Source: an uncultured virus (IMG/VR IMGVR_UViG_3300025141_000033) (lineage: Duplodnaviria > Heunggongvirae > Uroviricota > Caudoviricetes). Taken from it: DNA of 64,000 nucleotides. Each line of letters begins with the position of its first letter. Position 1 is the stretch's first letter. The DNA is taken from the IMG/VR virus record IMGVR_UViG_3300025141_000033. One strand, given 5' to 3'. The notes below the pieces were generated by a model. It did not search any database. It was not told the origin of the DNA and saw nothing but the letters and a program-made list of their open reading frames with translations. A program made the translations under genes and the position numbers. This document shows, in pieces, positions 9,218 to 16,688 of the stretch.

Positions 9218-9404
9218 TGATGACCACTGACGACCCTTCTAACTGTCGCCCCAGTTCGATGGATCGTCCGTCAACGAAAACCTTCCAGTCGTATTCCAGT
9301 CTGTCGTTTCTCGGCAGTTTCTCAACCAAGAGGGCGACACCTGTCGGCAATCCCCAATGGGCACGTGTCCCGTCCTGCAACTTTACCAAATCACCAGCTT
9401 TCAT
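9204..9404 (-). CDS. small SH3/KOW-like protein
   Basis: MKAGDLVKL...WKVFVDG...VVINESR. Confidence 0.8.
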   Translation of the reverse strand: MKAGDLVKLQDGTRAHWGLPTGVALLVEKLPRNDRLEYDWKVFVDGRSIELGRQLEGSSVVINESR

Positions 9405-9541
9405 ACTCTCACCTTCTTGCGACAAATGCGCTTGTTTGTGATCTTCTTCTTGTCCTTCATCGGTCCACCCTTGCGGTTGAAGGCGTGGACAGCAAGCCAG
9501 CTGCGTGGCTTCGGTACGTTGGTCTTCTTGCGCTTAGACAT
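9401..9541 (-). CDS. small highly basic protein (46 aa)
   Basis: Manual translation MSKRKKTNVPKPRSWLAVHAFNRKGGPMKDKKKITNKRICRKKVRV*. Confidence 0.7.
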   Translation of the reverse strand: MSKRKKTNVPKPRSWLAVHAFNRKGGPMKDKKKITNKRICRKKVRV

Positions 9542-9561
9542 CTGCCCATCCTTGTCTTAAT

Positions 9562-9615
9562 AATATAACACAGAACGGTGGAGCCGTCAAGGTTTCTCTG
9601 TCAAGAGAATGTTAA
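9562..9615 (-). promoter_or_regulatory. class I element
   Basis: -10 TATATT 9562-9567, -35 TTGACG 9585-9590, boxes TTGACA 9599 and TTAACA 9610. Confidence 0.85.
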
Positions 9616-9963
9616 TTACGGGAGCAAGATAGAGCAGGGACAAGCGACAGCCACAAGTCCGTGATAGTCCAAATCAAAGCACCCAGGTGCAGGAGCGTTA
9701 TAAACGTGAAGGTTGTAGTCTTCGATCACGTACAGGTTCGGCTCGGGATGCGACCACTTCCAGTCTTTTTCTTCAATCGCCAACTCTCCTTCTTCAAAAA
9801 TGGTGACCGTGCCGGCACCCTCCACGAGCCAAAAGCAGTGCGATGGGAAATAACTGTCAAGCTGCAACCATTGACCAGAGAACGCTGGAGCGTCACCGGT
9901 ATCATAGATGTCAACGCTGCCGCAACCCATCACAAATGCGAGGGCAACATTAAAGGCTCTCAT
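9616..9963 (-). CDS. putative lipoprotein (paralog of 40422-40841)
   Basis: MRAFNVALAFVMGC lipobox-like signal, DTG, terminal CxC. Confidence 0.7.
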   Translation of the reverse strand: MRAFNVALAFVMGCGSVDIYDTGDAPAFSGQWLQLDSYFPSHCFWLVEGAGTVTIFEEGELAIEEKDWKWSHPEPNLYVIEDYNLHVYNAPAPGCFDLDYHGLVAVACPCSILLP

Positions 9964-10334
9964 AGCCACCTCTGATTGCACTTATCACAAGTTTTGTCTT
10001 TTGCTTTCCACCAAGCGAAATGCCCACACTTCATTTTTTTGGGACCCTGTACAGCCTTTTTGCCACCCCATGGACATCGGCTCTTTGTGTGATTGCTTCC
10101 GCAAATAGAGCACTTAATAACCCTCTTCTTCTTCGGGACTTCGGGAGTCTGCACAACAATATCGTGGACAGACAACTTTGGGGTGGCCGTCGACCTGCAC
10201 GTGCGGGAATTGTGTCCAATATTGCCGCACTTTCCGCACGTTCGCCTCTTTGCAGTTTTTAGTACAGGGTTCTTCTTGCACGTGCGAGAGTTGTGCCCCG
10301 TCTTACCACATTTTCCACATCTACGTTTTGCCAT
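9960..10334 (-). CDS. multi zinc-knuckle basic protein
   Basis: CGKCGKTGHNSRTC, CGKCGNIGHNSRTC, CSICGSNHTKSRC plus a C-terminal Cys cluster. Confidence 0.85.
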   Translation of the reverse strand: MAKRRCGKCGKTGHNSRTCKKNPVLKTAKRRTCGKCGNIGHNSRTCRSTATPKLSVHDIVVQTPEVPKKKRVIKCSICGSNHTKSRCPWGGKKAVQGPKKMKCGHFAWWKAKDKTCDKCNQRWL

Positions 10335-10492
10335 TTCTATCTCATTTCTTTATGGTGCTAAACGCTCGCCAAATGCTATCAATAGCATTGTCCACCGCAC
10401 ATTTCTTCTTGTCGCTTTCTCTCCACATGGGATCAAGACCGGCAATATATGCAATTAGTAGATCGACAATAATGTCGGCTTCTTCCACTCTA

Positions 10493-10717
10493 TCACGAGG
10501 ACACACCAAGTTGATCCTCCATTGCTTGAGCGTTAATAATGATAAGCCTCTCGATGGTCGCACTGTCAAGTCCGCTATCGGTCGCCGATTCGGATCCTTC
10601 AGGGGCGCTGAATTCAAGCTTGACCAACTCCATACACCCAAATTGTATAGCCATCGTTGAGATAAAGTTGGCTGCCGATGTGAGGGCGGCTTCAAATGGG
10701 GTCTCGTTTCTGTTCAT
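10493..10717 (-). CDS. hypothetical protein
   Basis: 74 aa with SD AAGGAG behind promoter. Confidence 0.6.
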   Translation of the reverse strand: MNRNETPFEAALTSAANFISTMAIQFGCMELVKLEFSAPEGSESATDSGLDSATIERLIIINAQAMEDQLGVSS

Positions 10718-10736
10718 GTTTCGCTCCTTGTTATAT

Positions 10737-10780
10737 AATATAACCGCTTGTGGGTAAATGTCAAGTCAAGAAAATGTCAA
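10737..10780 (-). promoter_or_regulatory. variant class I element
   Basis: TATATT 10737-10742, TTGACA 10759-10764, boxes TTGACT 10764 and TTGACA 10775 (11-bp period, shifted). Confidence 0.65.
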
Positions 10781-10989
10781 GAATCATCATCAGTCTCTAT
10801 CGTAATCGACTCAACCTGTTCGGGATCTGAGCTATCAAAAAAAATCGACCGTGAACTGAATTCTTTTATGATGGCATCAAGAATGTCACGAACGTACTGC
10901 TCTTGTTCTCTTTCCTCGATCTCTTCTGTCTCTTGCTTCTCTCGGCGCCTCTTGATACGCCACTCTTCCAAATCAACAACTTCGCACAT
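10777..10989 (-). CDS. hypothetical acidic protein
   Basis: 70 aa; stop inside TTGACA box. Confidence 0.6.
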   Translation of the reverse strand: MCEVVDLEEWRIKRRREKQETEEIEEREQEQYVRDILDAIIKEFSSRSIFFDSSDPEQVESITIETDDDS

Positions 10990-11267
10990 TAAAACGGGAT
11001 CCTTTCTTTAGAAATAGATGTGACTTCCCAGACACGTGGATGCATTACCAGATCGGCTGCAGCTTTGGCAAGCTTAATATGATCTGGATAGGACCAATCG
11101 CTTTCTGCGAGATCCATGACTATACATTTCCCTGTCTGGGTGCGATGCCCTATCTTCAGGCCATCGGAATACAACTCGCCTTCAGCAGTAGAATAAAAAT
11201 TGTAGTTTGAAGAACAGGAAGAATCACCTGCCCGCCAGCTATCAACAATTTCCTGGGGAGTGTTCAC
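10989..11267 (-). CDS. hypothetical protein
   Basis: 92 aa, overlapping start/stop with neighbours. Confidence 0.65.
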   Translation of the reverse strand: MNTPQEIVDSWRAGDSSCSSNYNFYSTAEGELYSDGLKIGHRTQTGKCIVMDLAESDWSYPDHIKLAKAAADLVMHPRVWEVTSISKERIPF

Positions 11268-11614
11268 CAGTCAATTGGGTCGTTCGCTACGCCCATCTGC
11301 GATAGCCCCGGAGACGAAACGCCCTTCAGGCGGGCAACCCTTCGATCCGCTGCACGCGATGAGCCGGGTGTGGCAATAATCTTTGTGCGAAGAAATCTTT
11401 CGGCATCATCGAGGGGAAAGTCATCGTCGCTGTTATCGGTGCCCCAACCATCATTGCGATGCAACAACTCTCGGAGGTCATCCTCGATCTCGTTGACCTC
11501 TGCGTGGAGTTCGGCAAGTTCCGGTGAACCAGAGCCTTCCAGTGCGGTAGCGTGGGTGTGCAACGCTGCCATGAGAAGGGAGATCTCGCGATCTGTGAGT
11601 TCAATTGTTTTCAC
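11264..11614 (-). CDS. hypothetical protein
   Basis: 116 aa, GTG start with SD GGAGG; plain sigma70 promoter at 11640-11668. Confidence 0.7.
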   Translation of the reverse strand: MKTIELTDREISLLMAALHTHATALEGSGSPELAELHAEVNEIEDDLRELLHRNDGWGTDNSDDDFPLDDAERFLRTKIIATPGSSRAADRRVARLKGVSSPGLSQMGVANDPIDW

Positions 11615-11681
11615 GGTGTACCTCCTTAGTACTTTCTTAACTATACCATAAGGTTTTTAAGAAGTCAAGCCTTTTCTATAA

Positions 11682-12080
11682 CTAATTTTTAATCTTCTTC
11701 ATCCACAACGCCGGGAGCCAGACATCACTTCGAATCATAGACGTGCTTTCGTAATCGGAAGGTTGCTTAAACCATTTGATTCTGACAAAATGCTCCTTGA
11801 TGCGTCCTTCTGTCGGAACGTTATCGTTATAGAGGAAAAATGCCAGGGCGGCCTCTGAGTTAGTAGACTCCTCGATCATCCTTTGCTTAAACTCGTAAAT
11901 CGATGAATAGGCAAAGCCTCCTCGCTGAACTTCGGCAAGCTTAGCGATCGTCTCAAAAATAACGTCTAACTCACAACCAAAAATCTCAGGAAAATCCTCA
12001 ACACTTTCAATTACAAGTCCAACGCCCTTAGTCTTTCTGCGATACATGTGGACAAGATCACCAATCCTTATTTTTGCCAT
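11682..12080 (-). CDS. SH3/KOW-like protein with insertion
   Basis: 'IRIGDLVHM...GVGLVIE...VRIKWF...W.P..W'. Confidence 0.75.
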   Translation of the reverse strand: MAKIRIGDLVHMYRRKTKGVGLVIESVEDFPEIFGCELDVIFETIAKLAEVQRGGFAYSSIYEFKQRMIEESTNSEAALAFFLYNDNVPTEGRIKEHFVRIKWFKQPSDYESTSMIRSDVWLPALWMKKIKN

Positions 12081-12280
12081 CTTCTGTCCAGTCGAAGATA
12101 GAGACCAAGCCGCCTGCACTCACACTGTCCTTGCCGTGTGCGCCAGTCACCATTTAACTCTCCATTAATGTCGGAGTTCGCCCATTGTGGCCGGGATTCG
12201 TATGTGACCGAGAATCCCCCCTTTGTTTTTGCAGGCGGCTTGGTGGGTTCTTCTGTCTCCATTCGTTTAAATAGCTTCAT
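12068..12280 (-). CDS. hypothetical protein
   Basis: 70-aa ORF filling the gap. Confidence 0.45.
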   Translation of the reverse strand: MKLFKRMETEEPTKPPAKTKGGFSVTYESRPQWANSDINGELNGDWRTRQGQCECRRLGLYLRLDRRWQK

Positions 12281-12286
12281 CTTCCA

Positions 12287-12580
12287 TTAAACCTCCACCC
12301 CTGGAGGAACTTCCCCTGATATCATACCACCGTGCGCTCTAATCAACTCGCTCACGATTTCCACCGGGACGTAGGGATAAATTGTGTCTGTTGGATCTTT
12401 TGGGTCGGAAGCATAGCGCAACAGTAGCGCCGAGGGGCGACTTGGGTATCCCAACTCTACCTCTGCATATCTGTCTGTGTCGCTTGTGGAGGGGGAGCAA
12501 TATAGTGGCCCACCTGCCTGGACACTGACGCTAAATCCGTCAGCACATATAACTATTTGATATCGCTTTGGCTCTTCCAT
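12287..12580 (-). CDS. conserved phage hypothetical protein
   Basis: 'CADGFSVSVQA...YCSP...VELGYPS...YPYVP...I..HGG' motif typical of a phage family. Confidence 0.75.
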   Translation of the reverse strand: MEEPKRYQIVICADGFSVSVQAGGPLYCSPSTSDTDRYAEVELGYPSRPSALLLRYASDPKDPTDTIYPYVPVEIVSELIRAHGGMISGEVPPGVEV

Positions 12581-12620
12581 TGTGTTCTGTACTAAATCAT
12601 ATCACAGTTTAGACGAAGTG

Positions 12621-12893
12621 TCAAGCTTTAAGTGCATTGAGTATCCGTTCTCTTTTCTCTTCATCACTCTCTACCCCACACACTAATACTATCACCCAGT
12701 ATACACTGGAGGTGTGCCTAAAATGTTCTATCCTCCCGCTAAACTCTCCGTTGAGCCAGTGGATCCACATTTCGCCCGAATCGGAAAGGCGCACAACGAT
12801 GCCACGCTCCCTTACCGTTTCCATACCTTCAAGGTATAGATCTCGGAATTCAACAATATCACCGACCCTAAAGTCCCTTTTATTCTTCCTCAC
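12621..12893 (-). CDS. small SH3/KOW-like protein
   Basis: 'FRVGDIVEF...RGIVV...WIHW'; stop inside the -35 TTGACA of the next promoter. Confidence 0.75.
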   Translation of the reverse strand: MRKNKRDFRVGDIVEFRDLYLEGMETVRERGIVVRLSDSGEMWIHWLNGEFSGRIEHFRHTSSVYWVIVLVCGVESDEEKRERILNALKA

Positions 12894-13114
12894 CTGCTGA
12901 TTTTCTCCACATACCCACGGGCAAATGAAACTCTATGAATAGGTATAAGTTTGCGCGGTCCAAACCAAAAAACCCACACGTATTTTTCAGATTCGCGATT
13001 AGAAATAAAATACGGGTTAGATGGTTCACTGGGAGGAGACAAAACTATCCCGTATACATCTGCTGCATAGTCGTACACTAGATCACCAATTTCAATTTCT
13101 ACCTTCTCCATCAC
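12890..13114 (-). CDS. small SH3/KOW-like protein
   Basis: 'IEIGDLVYD...YGIVL...VWVFWF'. Confidence 0.75.
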   Translation of the reverse strand: MMEKVEIEIGDLVYDYAADVYGIVLSPPSEPSNPYFISNRESEKYVWVFWFGPRKLIPIHRVSFARGYVEKISR

Positions 13115-13167
13115 AGGTATGTAGAAGGCTCAGCGGCTCACGGGCAGTTGGTCTGCACGTTTCTATT

Positions 13168-13374
13168 CTATTGGTCCTGAAGCTCCCGCATGGCGTTAAG
13201 AATAGTGAGGGTGAATTCTTCGTGGCGCTGGGTCCACTCTTTACTTTGCCCGTCCTTGCGAACGCAGTCAAGAACAAAAAACATCTCTCGCCGCGTCATA
13301 GGCACAAAAACCTCTTCTTGGGCAGCACTCTCAAGCATAGAAGACATCAAGGGAGCATCGGTTGGGTCACTCAT
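13168..13374 (-). CDS. hypothetical protein
   Basis: Start MSDPTDA; in-frame part of the 109-aa ORF. Confidence 0.5.
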   Translation of the reverse strand: MSDPTDAPLMSSMLESAAQEEVFVPMTRREMFFVLDCVRKDGQSKEWTQRHEEFTLTILNAMRELQDQ

Positions 13375-13388
13375 ATCCTTCCCTACTT

Positions 13389-13628
13389 TCATTCTTCTGA
13401 TGTGTCGCGCACCACACACACAACCTCTGAATCTGTCTCGATCCAGACACGTGCGCCGCATGATAGAGGCTTGTCTGGTGAATAGACCACTCGGCAAGGT
13501 CCGTCAATATGCGCTTCGTGACAATAAGTGTTGTCCTTATAGGTCTTAACCGTCAAGACTGGCACTCTTTCGCCGGTCTTATTGTTCTTGCGGATCTTGT
13601 GCTGGTTTACGTGGATCTTCTTTTTCAT
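13389..13628 (-). CDS. conserved phage hypothetical protein
   Basis: 'IHVNQHKIR..N...PVLTVK...YSPDKPLSCGARVWIET'. Confidence 0.8.
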   Translation of the reverse strand: MKKKIHVNQHKIRKNNKTGERVPVLTVKTYKDNTYCHEAHIDGPCRVVYSPDKPLSCGARVWIETDSEVVCVVRDTSEE

Positions 13629-14545
13629 CTGTGTCCTCGGGTGTTTTCCTTGTTGTTTTCAATCCTGTCGATTGATTTGTTAAAGTATTCTTCATTCATC
13701 TCGCAACCAATAAAGTTGCGATTAGTGTTTTGTGCAGCAATTGCGGTTGTTGCAGAGCCAGCGAAGCAGTCCAGCACCGTATCACCTTCGTTAGAGTGCT
13801 TCTTGATCAGGTCCTCAAAGAGCGGCAAACTCTTCTGTGTGGGGTGAAACCTGTTCTTGCCCCCTTGTAACGGATGGTGGTAAACCCCCTTGTCGTACTT
13901 GCTATTAAACGTTGGCTTTGATTTCTTAATACCAAGCAAAGCGATCTCTCTGCAATTGGTTAGATAGTTTACGCTGCTGTTGATTGGCTGCGGGTTTGTT
14001 TTAATCCACTCCACCAATCTAATCTGCTTAAACATCGTGGGAGTTCCATTGGCATTCTTGACCTCAAGCATGTCCTTAAGATTAGTGATCTTCCACAAGT
14101 CAAAGAATACAATGCAAGTGCCACCGGGTCGAAGAATACGATAGAAGTGCTTAGTGAAAAGCTCAAGCTGTTCCATCGTGAACTGCGAATCCCAATCACC
14201 GTAGTTTGTTTTGACAGCATACTTTTTACCATAGATGCTCCCATACTTAAGAAAGTCTGCTTTCATCTTCTTTAAAGCATTCGGGCGCTTTGACGCATCA
14301 ACATTTGAATTTTCAAACCACTGGTTCCACTGCTCTTCAGTCTTATATTGATCCCAATCCTGTTGGGTCATTACATTAACAGAGCCAGATGTGTCCTGCT
14401 TGGCAATATGATCAACCCACTTATCCATACCTGAATCACGCGAGGTGATGTAAGGCGGGTCTGTCAAGATGAGATCTACAGAGTTGTCGGATATATCTGA
14501 CAGAAATTGCAGACCTTCTTGGTGTTTGAGAATAATATTGTTCAT
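13625..14545 (-). CDS. DNA amino-methyltransferase (N4-C/N6-A, beta class)
   Basis: DLILTDPPY precedes HPTQKS and VLDCFAGSATT. Confidence 0.93.
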   Translation of the reverse strand: MNNIILKHQEGLQFLSDISDNSVDLILTDPPYITSRDSGMDKWVDHIAKQDTSGSVNVMTQQDWDQYKTEEQWNQWFENSNVDASKRPNALKKMKADFLKYGSIYGKKYAVKTNYGDWDSQFTMEQLELFTKHFYRILRPGGTCIVFFDLWKITNLKDMLEVKNANGTPTMFKQIRLVEWIKTNPQPINSSVNYLTNCREIALLGIKKSKPTFNSKYDKGVYHHPLQGGKNRFHPTQKSLPLFEDLIKKHSNEGDTVLDCFAGSATTAIAAQNTNRNFIGCEMNEEYFNKSIDRIENNKENTRGHR

Positions 14546-14551
14546 TTAAAT

Positions 14552-15046
14552 TTAAATTACCTTTGTTCCATATTGTTTGATCTCTGTCCAAGTAATGTTT
14601 GCACTCAGCCTTGGATCTTTTTTACTCAAAACAGTTGAAAACTTGCCTTCCAGTTTGGGCAACAAGATGTCATAAACATCAGCGCCGCTCATCATCCAAG
14701 ATTCAACCAGCTTACCCTCACTGAACCTATTATAATAGTGTTCGGGGTATTTTGCAAGCTTTTCTTCAAACAGATATCGCTTTTGCTCTTCCCAGGTTCC
14801 TCGAACCGAGATGCCAGTATACTCCCCCTTGCAGTTTTTGCCAGTAGTAGATTTGTACTCTACTGGATTTCCATCTTGATTGAAGGCGTCTGCACCCGAA
14901 AAGGAAGATGCAACAGTGTGCCCAAGGGTGTTGGCAGCGTGGATCTCTTTACTTCGTGCGTAGCTGAAGGGGTCGCCCCATCCTTGCTCCGTACAAAGCT
15001 GAGCCATTCGCTCATATAGTTGTCGGTATTCTTGTTCTGGGGTCAT
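14552..15046 (-). CDS. putative PD-(D/E)xK endonuclease (restriction-enzyme-like)
   Basis: 'E...GADA...VEYKS' catalytic pattern; 6 bp upstream of the MTase, under a promoter at 15070-15098. Confidence 0.6.
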   Translation of the reverse strand: MTPEQEYRQLYERMAQLCTEQGWGDPFSYARSKEIHAANTLGHTVASSFSGADAFNQDGNPVEYKSTTGKNCKGEYTGISVRGTWEEQKRYLFEEKLAKYPEHYYNRFSEGKLVESWMMSGADVYDILLPKLEGKFSTVLSKKDPRLSANITWTEIKQYGTKVI

Positions 15047-15126
15047 TATTTTCTCCTTGCTACTCTCTTAATATAGCACAAGTCTGTTTGTGTGTCAAGA
15101 GGAAAATGAAAGTTTATTAATTAAAA

Positions 15127-15203
15127 TGGCGGCCCAAGCAGGATTCGAACCTGCGACATTTCGATTAACAGTCGAACGCTCTAACCAACTGAGCTATTGA
15201 GCC
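15127..15203 (-). tRNA. tRNA-Asn(GTT)
   Basis: Full cloverleaf GGCTCAA...TTCGA-CTGTTAA-TCGAA...GGTTCGAATCC...GCCA. Confidence 0.95.
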
Positions 15204-15213
15204 TTTATTGTGT

Positions 15214-15798
15214 TTATCTTTCGATAAGAAGATTTCTCTCTGCGTGGAGTCCTGCGTGGACCTCGGTGTGACAATTGTGACACAGCAGCGAACATTTGTC
15301 AAGCTCTTTTTGTATCACACTCCAAGCGCGGCAGTGGTTCCCACTGATACTGAATGACTTTGCGCTCTCGTCAATGTGGTGGAAAGTCAGAGCCCTTGAG
15401 CATTTATCATATCCACATATCTCGCAGCGGCCGCCCTTGTAATCCAGGCTATCTTGCTTGACCTTGTGGCGGCGGTTATTTGCGAGGCAGCTTCTGCATT
15501 GGTATCGGGAAACTGCCATATAAGTTTTTCCACAAATTCGACAGTCTCTTTCAGTTTTCTTTTTTTGGCCACGGTTCGTGATCCAAGGAATGTTTTTTGC
15601 GCACTCACCACAATATACTCTGCGCATAGTAATGGGGATAGAACATTTCTTACATTTCCCTTGTTTCTTTCGTTTGGGATGAAGACTATTGTTGTATTTT
15701 GAAGCACAACTTTGTGTGCAAAAGTTATGCCGCGTTCTTTTGATCTGTGATGGAGGTTTATTAAACTCCTTCTCGCAGTGCTCACATTTAACTATCAT
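15214..15798 (-). CDS. HNH homing endonuclease with N-terminal zinc-binding repeats
   Basis: 'GGRCEICGY...ALTFHH...KCSLLCHNCHTEVH'; AT-richer; inserted between tRNAs. Confidence 0.88.
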   Translation of the reverse strand: MIVKCEHCEKEFNKPPSQIKRTRHNFCTQSCASKYNNSLHPKRKKQGKCKKCSIPITMRRVYCGECAKNIPWITNRGQKKKTERDCRICGKTYMAVSRYQCRSCLANNRRHKVKQDSLDYKGGRCEICGYDKCSRALTFHHIDESAKSFSISGNHCRAWSVIQKELDKCSLLCHNCHTEVHAGLHAERNLLIER

Positions 15799-15877
15799 TA
15801 TAAACTCCTTATATAATATATAGTGCCTATGAGTAGAAAGTCATATGAAATGTATTTTATTTATTATAAATAGTAAG

Positions 15878-15954
15878 TGGTACGCCCGGTTGGACTTGAA
15901 CCAACGACTTTTACCTTATAAGAGTAAATTTCTAACCAACTGAATTACGGGCGT
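15878..15954 (-). tRNA. tRNA-Ile(TAT)
   Basis: ACGCCCG/CGGGCGT acceptor, anticodon loop CTTATAA, CCA encoded. Confidence 0.9.
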
Positions 15955-15958
15955 ATAA

Positions 15959-16020
15959 AAGCCCCGGTTTTTTATCGTCATAGGAAAACCGGGAAACCCC
16001 TGCCTGCGTTAGGTTCGGCA
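15959..16020 (-). other. two tandem hairpins immediately upstream of tRNA-Ile (terminator or processing signal)
   Basis: Minus strand CTGCC..GGCAG and CCCGGTTTT..AAAACCGGG followed by CTTTT. Confidence 0.5.
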
Positions 16021-16031
16021 GCCACCTGCCG

Positions 16032-16262
16032 TTATTGTTCGACCGACGACACAGCGGGGCGCAACGGGAAATTGACTTCACGCTCATGATCTCGCTGAAT
16101 GGTGATCGCGTGATCAACCAGTGAGCGAGTTTCAGCCACTTGGGTCTGTAGAGAGTGAACGTCTGAACGCAACTGAGGGATCCCCAGAACGGTTGCGGCG
16201 AATAGGTACCCCGCGCATGCGGACGCAAGCATAGAAAGAGCGAGAATTCGGTTGGTCATCAA
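16032..16262 (-). CDS. small membrane-anchored protein
   Basis: N-terminal hydrophobic helix then coiled coil. Confidence 0.6.
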   Translation of the reverse strand: MMTNRILALSMLASACAGYLFAATVLGIPQLRSDVHSLQTQVAETRSLVDHAITIQRDHEREVNFPLRPAVSSVEQ

Positions 16263-16522
16263 TGTTCACCTGTGGTGGTGGCCGGGGTGCTGACAAGAGG
16301 CATTACATTGCCAGTAACGTCAGTGCTGGTTGTGCCTGTGGTGGTCGTGGTGGGAAGCGTACAGTTTGGGTCAGCTTCACAAGCATCGTTAAGAAGCTGC
16401 AGCACCGTATCAAGGGTGGCATTGATCTCGGTCAGATCTTCGTGAACGCTGTTGATGTCGTCAACGAGGTCTGGGTCTGTGGTTGTGCATCCAAGTAGGA
16501 ATGCGAGGGGTAGGAATTTCAT
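16259..16522 (-). CDS. putative lipoprotein with Thr-rich tail
   Basis: MKFLPLAFLLGC lipobox, SD AGGAG. Confidence 0.7.
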   Translation of the reverse strand: MKFLPLAFLLGCTTTDPDLVDDINSVHEDLTEINATLDTVLQLLNDACEADPNCTLPTTTTTGTTSTDVTGNVMPLVSTPATTTGEH

Positions 16523-16561
16523 TATGTCTCCTTGTGTGTTAATGAAAAAGTGTTGTGTAAG

Positions 16562-16650
16562 TGGCACGCCCGGTTGGATTCGAACCAACGTATCGAGATT
16601 ACTCTCTTCCGGTTTAGAAGACCGGTGCCCATCCACTAGGCGACGGGCGC
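16562..16650 (-). tRNA. tRNA-Arg(TCT) with long variable arm
   Basis: CCGGT-CTTCTAA-ACCGG anticodon arm, GAGA-GTAA-TCTC variable stem, CCA; promoter 16664-16692. Confidence 0.88.
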
Positions 16651-16688
16651 TTAAGATGTTTATATTATACTCTACTCAGCAGGGTTTG

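Noticed and set aside
10342..10695. Programmed frameshift between overlapping ORFs 10493-10717 and 10342-10695
   Set aside because: More simply two adjacent genes, with the second starting at a GTG near 10488; no obvious slippery site
2222..10780. CRISPR array or true integron suggested by the recurring intergenic motif
   Set aside because: Repeats are short degenerate hexamers separated by whole genes; no uniform spacers, no attC-type palindromes, and no cas or intI gene in the window
16562..16650. Amber-suppressor (CTA) reading of this tRNA, or a recoded genetic code
   Set aside because: The 7-nt loop CTTCTAA centres on TCT; conserved genes are full length under the standard code and end in TAA, TAG and TGA
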